Assembly (NCBI RefSeq): GCF_001194135.2
Contig: NC_068984.1
Coordinates: forward strand, 29,989,285 to 30,053,284
Source of the DNA: Octopus bimaculoides
Taxonomy: Eukaryota
DNA: 64,000 nt
Reading direction: 5' to 3'
The position numbers and the translations under genes are program-made. Below are positions 37,796 to 51,530 of the stretch, in pieces. Each line of letters opens with the position of its first letter. Positions within the stretch are counted from its first letter, which is position 1. The notes below the pieces were generated by a model. The model had not been told where the DNA came from, did not search any database, and saw nothing but the letters and a program-made list of their open reading frames with translations.

Positions 37796-38423
37796 NNNNN
37801 NNNNNNNNNNNNNNNNNNNNNNNNNNNNNNNNNNNNNNNNNNNNNNNNNNNNNACACTCTTGATAGGAGACATGTTTATTAAGAAATTATTTATTTCTAA
37901 TCATCTTACACATATTACACATTTCTTAAATATTTTAGTGCACCTTCAATATATATTACACAATATCCTTTGAACCAGTATCTAATTTCTGTTTGGACGC
38001 AAATATATCCGTGGGCCTAAGGGGGTACATGTACTTGGTTTGAAGCTGGATCTCAAATTAGTAGCCAGCAGTATGGAAGTCCGTTTTTGTTATTTTTGGT
38101 TGATCCAGCTCCTTGGTTTTGGCCTGGGGATAAATTTCTCCCTTTTCCTCACCAGCTTATATAGTTCGGAAAAGAGTATTTGACGCTGTCCTTTCTCTTT
38201 TGACAAATCAATCTGAAAAAAATAGATCCAACGTTCAAATTGAATACTCAACCCATATTGTTAGAAAGCCAGTCATAATACAAACGTCCCAACGTAAAAA
38301 CTTATATTAACTCTACAATTCGTGTAACACTTACATCTCTGTCATTATTTGTCTTCCTATTTGCCTGCCTGCCTGCCGGTCTGCCTGCCTCTCTGTCTGC
38401 CTGTTTCTCTGTCTCTCTCCCTC

Positions 38424-38501
<78 letters not shown>

Positions 38502-39071
38502 CGTTTCTTTCACACTCATCTCTTATTTGTCGACCTATGATAATCATGTTCGTGTGTAAACGAGATCCTTTGAAATTTATAACCATAGACTATAAATTAT
38601 TATAATTCCGATGCTATGTATTCCGAATATAATCTCGGTATGGGCTAACAAGAATACAGTGACTTAACAATTTGGTAATCATTTTACGTAAGATCGGCTT
38701 GTCACTGCTTTGGAAGGGGTTTAAGTCTCTGCTATGACAGTTACTCATCCACTAGAAATATAAATTTCTTCTAATTAGTCAAAATATCAATTGTAAGGAA
38801 GGTATAAGACGCATTCTGCTTAAGCAAACCATACGTATATACATATCATTTGCATTATAGATTCTAGATGTGTGAAAGCCTATGTTATCTCTAATACAAT
38901 ATGGACTCATGCGTAAGAGGACGAAAATTTATTATAGTATTGCCTATAAGATGACATTATTCTATTAGTAATATTCTCTAATCCTTTCAATAAAGATTTT
39001 CATCATGTATGTATGTATGTATGTATGTATTTATGTATGTATGTATGTATGCATGTGTGTATATATAGTGT

Positions 39072-39300
39072 TTCTTTTATTCCTTTACTTGTTTCAGTAA
39101 TTTGACTGCGGTCATGCAGGAGCACCGCCTCGAAACGTTTTAGGCAAACAAATCGACACCAGGACTTATTTTTTAATCCTATTACTTATTCTACTGTTGA
39201 CTTTTGCCGAACCGCTAAGTTACGCGGACGTAAACACACCAACACCAGCTGTCAAGCAGTGATGAGGGGATAAACACAGACACACAGACACACACATATA
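39072..39300 (-). mobile_element. SINE family A, 3' half
   Basis: Reverse-complement homology to 34852-35086. Confidence 0.8.
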
Positions 39301-39947
39301 CACACACAAACGCACAAACACACACATATTCGTTTTTGGAACATTGGCTCTCAATGCACATCACATGACGCTTTTGGGTTGTACACAAGACAGATGTATG
39401 CATTCGAGGCCGATTGGCAGTCTTCGACTTTTTCTACTCAGGAGAGTTGTTCAAGCCAATCTTTGCATGCTCATATTTACAGCATTATGTAATGTGTCTC
39501 TCGAGCCAATGAACCAAAGAAGAATTATTTCCTGTTCTCTTGAATATTGATAAAATTCTTCTGACGTCAACATTGCACACAGACAGACAAACACACACAT
39601 TCAAACACGTTACATAAGAAAGCGAAAAATAATATTACAGCGTTCATGCTACGTTAATGAAAGTTATGCATGCTGCATTTTTCATAACATTTATCCGTTT
39701 TATACGAGTGACGTTGAATGAATTAGAGATGGCTATCTTGTTACATTCATACATAAAAATATCACCTTTGAAAACTATGCTATTAGCACAGGCTTTTCTA
39801 TCCGGATATGCATATTTGATCATAGAAGCAGCAATATCGTTAATAATTGTGAAGACAATTTTACAATAGAACAATATTTCAACAAAAGTTTAAATATTAC
39901 TTAACAGCTCTTGCCACGTTAATCATTCGAAATTTTAGAAATTTGAT

Positions 39948-41400
39948 GACCGCGTTTTGCGGTGTCAAAGACGTAATTTTTTTAGGAAAATATACCTTGA
40001 AAATTACCATATATCTTTCACAACGCTACTTAATTTGTGACTGCTGTGGTTCTCGAAGCGTTAACAGTAACCATCCAATTGCAAGTATGTTATTCCATTA
40101 CTTAGTAATTTCATCTATGTTATATACTATAAAATATTTGATTTAATTAATGTACATGTTACAAATACAATTAAAATTACTCAATAAATATTTAGTTTCT
40201 TTTTATAAAAGTCTGCTGCAGTTTCACTGTCTTTGCTGTTGTGCTGTTTCTGGAAGAATTTTAAAAACCGAATGAAGAGAAGTATAATCTTCGTAAAGTA
40301 CCTGCAGAATAGCAATACTTAAAAAGAAACTTTAAAACGTGGATATCAGACCAAGGAAACTTGAAATATGCGGTAATCACGCAGATGATCATTTTCATGT
40401 GCAAAAGGTTGGCAGTAAACACATAAGTGAATAATCTCAGAACTGCTCGTTGGTGCTTTCGTTTCCGGAAACAAAATGACTTCAGTTTGCCCGGAGAATA
40501 TGAAGAGAAGATTTACATAGATTTATTATTCATGCTAAAATACAGAGTTTTCCTAAACTCAGTTAGATTGAGAATATGGGTGGGGTGATATGACTTGTAA
40601 TGTGTCATTTAATAACAGCATAAATGCAAATGGAAAGAAATCAGTAATACTTAACACCTGGGAACGAAAAGATTCAGTACTCGGCAGGTTTTGCTTCTTG
40701 TGTCAACAAGGACCAAGCGATTGCCAGTATCAATTTTCAAAAAAAAGAAAAAGAAAAAGAAAAAAAAAACATTATCGAAGATAGAACTGCCAAATAAAAT
40801 TCATGTTATTGTAGAAACCAAGGGATGGGTGAATAGAGAAGGCGTCGAGGTATGGTTAGAAAAAATATGGTCCAAGCGTCCTAGTAGCTAATTATGAAAA
40901 CAATCCCTTCTCGTATGGGATCGGTTTAGTGATCACCAATCTGAAAATAGCTAAATACCAGCAAGGAGTCTATCCTCCTTGACATGATGCCAACTGAGAG
41001 GATGAAACGTCCATTAAAATCAGAAATACATAAATAGGTACTGGAGACATAGTCTGATATTAAAACTGAAATTATAGTTTCAAAATTTCGGTAACTCGAA
41101 TGCTATGAAACATACTGAAGACATTTTGTTGTTTGAGACATTGTTGTATGACAATGATGATAATGATTCCTCTCTTAATGATTTAGAACATTTAGAGCAA
41201 TGGTGCGTTTTGAAAAACTGAAGAGAAATATAATACATGCGGTTACTTACTGGACGTTATCTAGGTTTTAAAGAATGTTTTTGTAATTTATCTTGTTTAC
41301 TTACCAGGCGTTTAGATTTATTTTTATGAAATTAACTTTGACTTTTTTACTTTTACAATTACTTTTTTTTATAATAATATAGACGCTGGTATACATTTGC
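39948..41400 (+). mobile_element. Degraded pogo-family transposon (CENP-B-type HTH and DDE_1); right end may extend to 41982
   Basis: KGWVNREGVEVWLEKIWSKRPSS*L*KQSLLVWDRFSDH matches the pogo DDE motif KGWMD...W...KVW...LLVWD; upstream RWCFRFRK. GACCGCGTTTTGCGGTGTCAAAGACG (39948) resembles the reverse complement of GCGTCTACCATGCCACAAAATACGGTA (ending 41982). Confidence 0.7.
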
Positions 41401-44400
41401 TTAACTTACACAAATGGAAAATATTTTTTCCTCGCTGTTATACAGATGAGATCAACAGAAGAAGACTATAACACTACATTTCCTACATACGTGCACAATA
41501 GGTGTTATAGGAAATATTCTTACATCTTTTACAAGCGCTTTATTGAAATTTGACGATATAATGAGTGTCGGTTAAAGTTCGTCCACAATCAAGCAATGTC
41601 CTGTGGGGCGTTGTACGCACAGGGTGGTTGGCAGCAGTGGAACGATCATCATGTTGTGTCACATGAATAATCTAAGAAGAGTTAACGTGCTTAGTGTTAT
41701 GTACTACAATGATACTCAGAAGGAAACCACCAGGTAGGTGGCCATTATCTGGTGATTTCTCTCAACAACGTGTATGAGCATTTCGTTAGTTTGTTCACCA
41801 ATTTTGTTCACCAATTTTACTGCTGGAGCCCCATCGAGTGAACAGAGCTTAGTTTGACCGTCCTCTCGGACGCTTCGAAACAGAGCTTTGGTAAGTATAA
41901 AATCCTTTTTCTTAGAATTCCATGTCTAAAATCAAGGTGTCTCTTACAAAATGAAGCGTCTACCATGCCACAAAATACGGTAAATATTTTTTCTATAAAT
42001 GAGTTCAATTGTATTTTCAGCTCACTTCGTGACTCAGATAACATAGCACTTATGGAAATATAATAAATTCGTCTGATCGTTCACATCTCATTTTATTTCG
42101 TCTGATTCAATTATTTTATTTATATCATAATATGTAAATATATTAAAAAAGCAAGCAAAATATATCTATATTATAAAAACAAATATTAAAAATGAAGTAT
42201 TTCTATAGTGATTAATTCTATCCAATCATATTACAGAAATTAATTTTACCGAAATTGAGGCAATGAATGAAATTCAACAAAACTCAGCAATGACTTGTAA
42301 AGAATAACTTGCAACGAATAAAAACTGGCATGCCTACTGCTACATTTCTTAATACAATAACAGCGATTAATAAGGTTTCTATAACATCAAACAGTGCTAG
42401 TGTATATAAATTGACAAAATTATATTGAACATATGTTATTTTTGTTTGACTATTGATGGTAAACTTTGTAGGCGATAACGAATTTATATGCTAAAATAAT
42501 CCAGTGACGACTTCTTTAAACTAAGATGGCAAAGACCAAACTGTATGTGATATTTTAAATACCATCTTGTCGTGTCATCTCCAAGAAAATCAATTTTATA
42601 AGTTTTGAAAAACAATTTTACACTTTCAAATATAATTTCCCTTTATCCCTTGCAGGAATGCTTTCATTTTCAGTACAATGCCTTTCAGATCGTAATACAA
42701 AAATAATTCAACTTAAAAATATAGATATTTGATATATATTTACAAATTAAGTTTCAGTGGAGCATTTTGAAGGAAGTGCACGTTAGGCATACACACACAT
42801 AATCGAATTTGAAGTTGATTTAGTTACAATGGATAAATAAATAGAACAAATATATTAAATAAAACACGTGTCACGAGTATATGGTATGCAAATATAAACC
42901 ATAATAAAGTTTTTATCTAAAAGATTATCTATATTTTAGCTTAACTTTCTGCTTCCTAATGGCGCAAGCATTGGCTTATGGCTAATGAAGTCACTTCATT
43001 GTTAGGTGCTTCGTGATTCAGTGTAATTATGAAGCACTCGAGGAAGTGTATTCAATCAAAAACTCATTGGGAATGCAACTGGACAGAGAGAACAGAGGAA
43101 CTGTTAATATGATACAGTGTACCTATTTTTGAGTGATAGAGGTACACTCTATCGTCTGCAAGAAGAAAGCAAGATACCGTTTAACGGAAGAGACAGCCAT
43201 GCCAGCATGCTGCAGGTCCTTCTCTGGCTTCCCATTTTCACAGAAATAAGCTATAAAAGAAAGCAAATTAAGATATTTTCATACTATAAACAGATTTCAA
43301 AAAGCAGATTACAGCATGGTTTCTGTTAATTAACATTCGGGTGTCGTTCCAATATTTCACACTCATATACACACGATTACATCCATATATATATATATAT
43401 ATATATATTGATACATAAACAAACACACACACACACATACACACACACACACAAATATGCATGCAAACATGTATATATATCTTTCATATATGTTTGTGTC
43501 TGCGTGTGTGTGTTGCGTGGTGTGTGTGCTGTGCGTATTTTTTTTTTACCTCATATCAAACTATACATCTGTTGAAAACCCGAAATGCAATATTCTTGTA
43601 TACTACATGGCAACCAATTTTAATGATTTTCAAAAGCTGTTTTAGCTCACCATTGTGAATGCTGTCAATGATGATTCTCTCCTTTTCCATAGGCTTCCAG
43701 ACTTTACATCTCTATATCATTGAGCTATTATCTCAGCTCTCGTTATGAGAGCAGCACAGACCAATTTCCCTACCTGTTATATGACAATATAAGTGTTCCA
43801 TCCCTAATTATAACACACTAGCCTTATACAAAATGCATGAATCTCCATACAAGTGTCCAGTACTTAATCAGTTAAGCTACATTAAACCTGCTCGCTGATT
43901 AATGAGACAACGATGTTACTCATACTCTCAGTAAATTTCATTAGATACGGTTGAAAGTGAAATGTGTATGAAATGATCTTAAATGGAAGGGTAGATTTTG
44001 AATATTAAGTAGCAGAAATATTATTTATGCGAGTTCGCACTTGCCGTTCCACTCTAATTGAATCTCTTGACCCTAAGCTGCTGATTTAACAAGCAAGCTA
44101 TAAGAACATAATCGGCTATCCGTAACACTCTTACGGTTTCACGAAAGGGAATATTCTATTAAATTATACGTCTGCTAATCTGAGCATTTGTCTAGAAATA
44201 CTAATGAAACTGGCAAGAAAGACGGAAGGACACACATGTAAGATCATAGGTGTAGAAATGGATTGCTAGCCAACTATCTATGCAACGTTATAGACAGGAA
44301 AACTGCTTATATGCAGGAAAAACAAGAAAGCCTTTTTTTTTACAAGCGCACACGTGTACATTGATGCACACACACACACTCACAAGTAATTATATGATTG

Positions 44401-44829
44401 TTAATGAATGTATACACCGTTAAAACAATGGGAAGAAGCAAAACAGGGTAAAGGAATAATTAAGACAAGGAAAATAAGAAAAGGTAAATTTGATATACAA
44501 AGAGCGGACAAGCATGAAAATAAGGAAGAGAAAGATTTCTCATTGAAGACAAGAGAAGTGACACAGATTGAATGAAGAGGGGAAAATGAAGAAGAGAGAG
44601 AAAGAAATGTATTTCATTGTGTTCGTTTAAGCGGGCAATAATGCAAATGAGGAACTGTACACTTAGAATCATTACTTAAAACAATACAAGAATAGTGGGT
44701 ATTAATTAGAAATCACGGAGTGGAAATGATGCAGATGTTAAATTCTCGAATCTACTTCCAGAATATCTTGCATCATGTGTGTCGCTTCTTCAACAATACA
44801 GTATCTGTCTGTCTGTCTGTTTGTGTCTC

Positions 44830-44982
44830 CCTCTCTCTCTCCCAGTCTCTCTTTCTCTCTCTCTCTCTATCTCTCTCCCAGTCTCTCTTTCTCTCTCTCT
44901 CTCCCAGTCTCTCTTTCTCTCTCTCTCTCCCAGTCTCTCTTTCTCTCTCTCTCTCTCTCTCCCAGTCTGTCTTTCTCTCTCT
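44830..44982. repeat. CT-rich minisatellite (unit CCCAGTCTCTCTTTCTCTCTCTCT) running into a gap
   Basis: Five CCCAGTCT anchors separated by variable (CT)n. Confidence 0.9.
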
Positions 44983-45499
44983 NNNNNNNNNNNNNNNNNN
45001 NNNNNNNNNNNNNNNNNNNNNNNNNNNNNNNNNNNNNNNNNNNNNNNNNNNNNNNNNNNNNNNNNNNNNNNNNNNNNNNNNNNNNNNNNNNNNNNNNNNN
45101 NNNNNNNNNNNNNNNNNNNNNNNNNNNNNNNNNNNNNNNNNNNNNNNNNNNNNNNNNNNNNNNNNNNNNNNNNNNNNNNNNNNNNNNNNNNNNNNNNNNN
45201 NNNNNNNNNNNNNNNNNNNNNNNNNNNNNNNNNNNNNNNNNNNNNNNNNNNNNNNNNNNNNNNNNNNNNNNNNNNNNNNNNNNNNNNNNNNNNNNNNNNN
45301 NNNNNNNNNNNNNNNNNNNNNNNNNNNNNNNNNNNNNNNNNNNNNNNNNNNNNNNNNNNNNNNNNNNNNNNNNNNNNNNNNNNNNNNNNNNNNCCTTGTC
45401 TATCTATCCATCTATTTATTTTGTTCTGAGATTAGATTTAGATTTCTATTTCTCATTGCAAGCGTAGTCAAATTTCACACCCACAGAAGTGCATGCTTA

Positions 45500-45745
45500 C
45501 ATACACACATACAGGACCGTGGTTATATATCTTTCATAGAATTGTGGCTTGGTGTTCTCTTCTCCTCTGCGGTTATATAGTTTCTTCTGGGCATATTTTC
45601 CAAAGAAATCTTAGTTTCATTACAGCTGAATACGTATTGTACCATGTACCCCTCTTGACAGAATTCACGCAGGAAATCTTCAGCTGCCTTCCTGTCAGAA
45701 CTCGCTGCTTTTCCGTACCTGACGACGATCTTGGGAAACATCTAA
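45500..45745 (-). mobile_element. Tigger-like (pogo) transposase fragment
   Basis: VVRYGKAASSDRKAAEDF...EGYMVQYVFSCNETKISLENMPRRNYITAEEK matches the Tigger motif HGEAAS...QVFNCDETGLFWKKMPxRTYI. Confidence 0.85.
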
Positions 45746-45769
45746 ATAATAAACTATAGAAAGATTAGT

Positions 45770-45965
45770 AGTTAATTTTAAGGCCCAATTCATTAAAGAT
45801 ACATCTATGTTGAGTTCTAAATCTATCAAAGGTGGTGACTATCACAACCATGGGAAATACCCAATCCGTCGTCTTGGTAGAGACCAACGTCATGAGATGG
45901 GTACTTATATCTGATTTGCTTAATATAAGTAAACCCTCAGGATCACAAACATCAGCACTATCATG
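45770..45965 (-). mobile_element. Penelope-like RT core fragment, a different PLE lineage from 35.6 kb
   Basis: Frameshifted minus translation ADVCDPEGLLIL / DVGLYQDDGLGI / DRFRTQHRCIFNELGLKI matches the PLE RT motif AEVCELVGL...GLYRDDGL...FxxxGLxI. Confidence 0.72.
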
Positions 45966-46002
45966 TGTTTGTGTGTGCGAGCGTGTGTGTAGACATATAT
46001 AT

Positions 46003-46039
<37 letters not shown>

Positions 46040-47015
46040 CACACGGCTGCATTATAGTATTGAAAGGGTAGAAAATCAGAGTATCATCAATGTAACACTC
46101 AACTGGAATTTGAGGCTATGTGTATTCTTCAAGTGGAGTACCAAACGGAATCTTACTAAACATTGTCAGTGCAGCGATGCACCAAAGCCGTCAATCCTAA
46201 ACGGTTTCAATAGAGTCTTATAGACAATGGCTATCAATATCTATTGTCATACAACGGTACATCAATAATGATGATTTTAATAAGTTTAACAAGTTTAGTC
46301 CTTCATTAAGCGACTGACAGATAGTATATGAGGTTAGTTGTTTACTATAACAACCCCAATCGTCGCATATCACTTCTTTTCCCCACATATCGGAATAGCT
46401 CTATACAATCTCCAATTTTTCTACGTGTCGGGGTACTAAGCCCGAAATGTTGAAGAAAAGCAAGGTCAAACAATAAGTGTTATTCCATTTTCTCAACTGT
46501 ATTTCATCCATTTTGCATTGTTTACCCTTTTAACAATCTTTAATCTTTCTTTCCACTATTTACCAGCTAATATAATTCTTTTAAAGTTATGTACCACGAA
46601 AATCTGGTTATATGATAACTAACACGTGCTCTACTTCAGTCAAAAATATATAAGAAACTAAAGTAGATAGTTTCTGGCCTTCATTTTATTCAGTATTGCA
46701 CAACCTACGAATAATATCTTATTGATTTCTCTCTTACCTCCGCTTATTTTTTTCTTTAACGCATGACTTGTTATAGTGATGCATCAAATATATTATACAT
46801 TTTTTATGCCGTTTATTCGTATACAGAAAGAATTCCTTCATTTCTTGCATAATAGTTCTTTGAAACCTGTTAACAGACCGCCCCTGTTTGGGGTGGTAGT
46901 CTAATATGGTACTGGGTTCTGAGTCTTGTCTTTAGCGGAACCCAAATGCTTATACACATTCAGAGCTGGTCTCCGGTTTAAACAAACTCAATCCTTAGCT
47001 CCTACAGTCTCAGTC

Positions 47016-47135
47016 GAAGCGTGTTACTTAGTGGTTAGGGTGTTGAACACATGATTGTAAGATTAAAGTTGCAATTCTTGGACCTGGCGACGCGTTGTGT
47101 TCTTGAGCAAGACACTTCATTTCACGTTACTCCCG
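47016..47135 (+). mobile_element. tRNA-derived SINE (family C)
   Basis: Homologous to the reverse complement of 20860-21001 (shared GTGTTCTTGAGCAA...ACTTCATTTCACGTTACT). Confidence 0.72.
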
Positions 47136-47639
47136 TCCAGTAGAGAAACCAGGAAACCAGCCCTATGTGTCTGTATGACTCGGGAGGGACCTTTATCCTT
47201 ATCCTACAGTCTAAGAATCCCTGATAATGATAACGATGGCGATATCTATCTTCCTGCGATTGAGCTAAAAAAAATAGTTACTATCCCTATTAGTTCGCAT
47301 GCATATCAACAACTATCTAATAAATTATTTTATCTGAAGAGTTCGTAGACTTAATTTCCTAGGTTCCACTATTAACAGGAATTTCTGTGCTTTAGGCTCA
47401 TTTGATTCTATTTTCCTCTGATATAAAATAATTAGAGTAATTCTGCAAGTGTTTCTTTGTGTCTCATTTCATTTATGTTCACTGTTCGATGAAAAGACTG
47501 ACAAGTCACCGATGAATCGGAGGGAGGTAATTACTTGCTCATCTACATTGAGTTCTGTAATGAGTCACGTTGTCAGTTGATTTTCATGCTTATGTAATAC
47601 TGTTTGTCCGCATGTGATGTAGAGTAATAGTAGTATTAG

Positions 47640-47652
47640 ATTTAGTAGTAGC

Positions 47653-47708
<56 letters not shown>

Positions 47709-47728
47709 AAATAGTAGTAGTAGTAGTA
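47640..47728. repeat. (TAG)n microsatellite
   Basis: Read directly from the sequence. Confidence 0.95.
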
Positions 47729-49934
47729 GCTGTTGTTATTATTTTATAGCTTTTTCTACTGATCCCCTTCACGTAACATCAGACACAATTGTGTGTTCTG
47801 AAGACGCAATGGTACTATATTGTGTAGGGGTCGTTCATTTTACTCAAAAAAGATGACTTGGTTCATTTCAGACCAGTGAGTATTAAGGGAAGAAATTAGT
47901 TGCTGAACTTCGTTAGAATGTTTTAACAAATGGTCTGAAAAGTTCTTTGAGGAATTTTTTGTTTCTACTGTGCGTTGGTTGGGGTGTTGGAACATTATTG
48001 CTTTTCTTTTCATTCTCATCTCATGTATACTGTTTGGAAAAGATGAAAGTTTCAATATATATTTTTGGTTGATCGCTCCTTTCTTTCTTGTGATGCTACA
48101 CTTGGCACGATTGCATAGCTTAACTGATGTAAATGTAATGAGCGCTTTTTTGCATTTATTTATTTTTATTCATAAATTATTCAGTGAGACAGTATTAAAT
48201 TGATTCAGTGTATGAAGTTTTCTATTTTATACTAGCAAACCACAAATACAAATTTGTAATTCTCTTGAAATTGTTAAATCAGATAAAAATAGATCTTAAG
48301 AGATGTTTTACTGGAGATAATCAGACGAAATTGAATTTTGCTGAATCCCTTTTGTGCTAGTATAGTATTAATCGAAGCAGTTTTTCCTGCTGTAGTTTTC
48401 TTTTTCATTTAAATAGGATTTTATACGCACACCCACATATATTCATGTTCTTTGCTTTCACTACTTTACAAATCTTTCACTACCTTTTTATTCTTTCATT
48501 TAATAAAAATCATTGTTAGCAAGACAAGGTTTATGCACTGTTTGCCGTGTTAACCTCAGACTGTTTGTATCATTTTAACTCATACTAATCATCCTATGGA
48601 CTTGCCGACGACGATCAAGATATTCAGGTAATCTCTGATATTCTGCAATGTAGATGTTGTATATAGTTTTTTCTCTTCATTTAATTCCTGTGAGAGACCA
48701 CATAAAACGTTATATATTACTTTTCGTTGTATAAATTTACTCTTAGATCTATGTCGAAATAAATTAGAAAACCTAAACATGTTTAGGAACGTTACTTTCG
48801 TTTGCCATTAGTTGATAACCACACAAGTATCACGACACCAATACCATTCGGTTTAATATTGGATTTTGCTTTTAAAGATGAGTGGGCGCCATTTGATTAA
48901 ATGTTAGCTGTACAAATACATTAAATAGTATCAGAATCAGATAATACTTTGATAGACGCATAGTTCTTATAAAAAAATTCAAACTTAATTGTTTTCCACG
49001 ACGAACGTTTAAATCACTACCGATTTGTCAAGTTGCAGAAAGATATTCTGATGCGTGGAATCTATTTTGCATCCACCAAGCCAAAACTCGCGTGATCCTA
49101 CTGCAATAAACTGATACAACTACTACATACTGCTAAATTGATCACTATGAAACTAACAAAGCTTAATAACAATAAGTGCTCATCCAGTCTGTTGTACTTA
49201 TAGGTTTTCCATAATATTACATTATCTTTTCTGCATTACAGCATTTGCAAAGTAGAAACAAAAGCATATTTAGTCTGAGCAGGTAAATGACAAGAATTTG
49301 AGCATATGTGATTATTAAACAACCTAAAGTCACAAAAGTTATTGAAATGGAGGTAAAAATTAATGGATTCGTAGCAGAAAAAGTAGACTTCAGTTATTTT
49401 TTTCAGGTAAGTATTACAGCGTTGTTAATATTAGCTATTTCATTCTAGAAATACTTACTATATTTTTCTTTGTTTCATGGATATGGTATATGATTGCTAT
49501 CTTGAATATCGATATATGTTTGAAATTTTGTCTCTGAATATTTTTTATTCTGTTCATTTGAATATTTCTACCTTGCAGAGACGTCATTTGTTTGAAAACT
49601 GGTAGAGATTAGCATCCAGTTTAAAGCCAAACTTGTTATGCAAGCGTAACACTAATGACATGAAGATTACAATACTGCACGTATAGACTATCGTGCTTCT
49701 CCCAAGGATTGACATAATTTCATTCTAGTAGTTGCAGCATTGATTTTGTGAATATGATATCAAATTTATATGTGAAAATCTGCAGCAAATATATACACAA
49801 TTAAATACAAAATAGTATCTGCTTTATGAATCAACAAACTATCTCTCAACTTTCCTTAAAATTATACTCTTGTTACTTAGAAAATCGTGAATTACAGTAG
49901 TAATGGAAATCTTTCTTTCTTTCTTTCTGCCCGT

Positions 49935-49980
49935 CCATCCATCGATCGATCCATCCATCCATCCATCTATCCATCCATCC

Positions 49981-50061
<81 letters not shown>
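49935..50061. repeat. (CCAT)n(CTAT)n tetranucleotide microsatellite
   Basis: Read directly from the sequence; ends at a gap. Confidence 0.95.
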
Positions 50062-51389
50062 NNNNNNNNNNNNNNNNNNNNNNNNNNNNNNNNNNNNNNN
50101 NNNTATATATATATATATATATATTTATATATCTATATGTCTGTCTGTCTGTCTATCTATCTTTTTATATACAATGCCCACGAGTTAAATGGGATGGTTT
50201 GAGCAGAATTCTGCTCAATGAGGACTTATCTGAAGTTGCACAACAGTTACGATTACCATAACATAAACTTCGATAAAGATACAATGAGCAAATGCATAAA
50301 ATATTAAACCCTTGCCTTCCAAGACATGAGGTTGGGTTTCACTGTTTGTAACATGTTTCAGTGTACACGCACTTGTTTACTCTGTAAATAGTTGTTTCCA
50401 GATTTATACATAATCGTAATATCATTACTGTAATTTAGAATATTTTGTCAACAAAGTATGTTTTTATTATACATTGTAATCCTCTACTCTGCCACAGAAT
50501 CACTAAGTTTTGTATAATTGATGAGGACGTTGGAAACGTGATTTAATGTATCGTTAAGCACTTTTATGCTAACTTATTATATTGTAGGTCCCCCTGCTGC
50601 ATGCCTATATGCTGCAATGATAATGTTTACTAATGAGATAATAAATAGACAATTCTTGTTAGATAGGAAGTTAATTTCGGTGCAAGATGTGACTTGTGTG
50701 AAATACGAGCACAGTAAAAACCATCGCTTAAAACTTACATGCATTTGCTGATATTTTATGCGCATACATCTACACAATAAATACATGCATACGCACATGC
50801 ATATTTGCTTGCATAGATACACTCTTAAATACATACATACATCCATAGAAAAGACTGCCATTGGATAAACAGACAATGTTCCTGTTATTTAATACACACA
50901 TATTAACACAAGAAATATTAGTTGAACACCCCCTCGAAACTTCTGCCAAAAGGAAAAATAACAATTCTGATACAGGCCCTAGAGAAGTGAATATTTCTTC
51001 TAAATTCTGAGGAGAAGCATATTAATGGACCATTGCTTAAAATTCTATTTCTCTAACTGCAATATAAATTCACATTTACATCAATAATTAATATTATTTA
51101 TTTGAATCGTCTTGCCAGATGCCAATTTGTTTAAAGAAATTACTAAGCAGAATATTCTCAAGTTAGGTTAACAATGATTTAGTGAATGCAGGTACTTTCT
51201 GGTCTCAGTAACTAAATTAATAATGAACTCAGATTATAAATGTTTTGTAAAGTTTGATTACTTTTTGTAAGCATACGTATCGCGTAAAATAAATAGATAG
51301 TTCACTGTGATTCCAACAAGAGTTTACTTTTCAGAGGAAACCTAATGTCGATTTCTAATATTTATATAACATTTACATGTATGGGGTAA

Positions 51390-51530
51390 GACGGGGGGGG
51401 GGGAATTGTCTTGTCGATTACCTTGACTTTAGGTACTTGTCTGGTGTTTATTTTATCACTCGAAGTAAGAAGAAAGACAAATTCGACATCGGTGGCATTT
51501 GAACTCAAAATGCATAAGGATTCAATTATA
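51390..51530 (-). mobile_element. Degraded SINE family B
   Basis: Reverse complement contains TTTTGAGTTCAAATGCCACCGATGTCGAATTTGTCTTTC, similar to the family B core. Confidence 0.5.

Noticed and set aside
50199-50218. Perfect 20-bp palindrome TTGAGCAGAATTCTGCTCAA
   Set aside because: One palindrome of this length in 64 kb of AT-rich DNA is not clearly beyond chance, and there is no supporting context.
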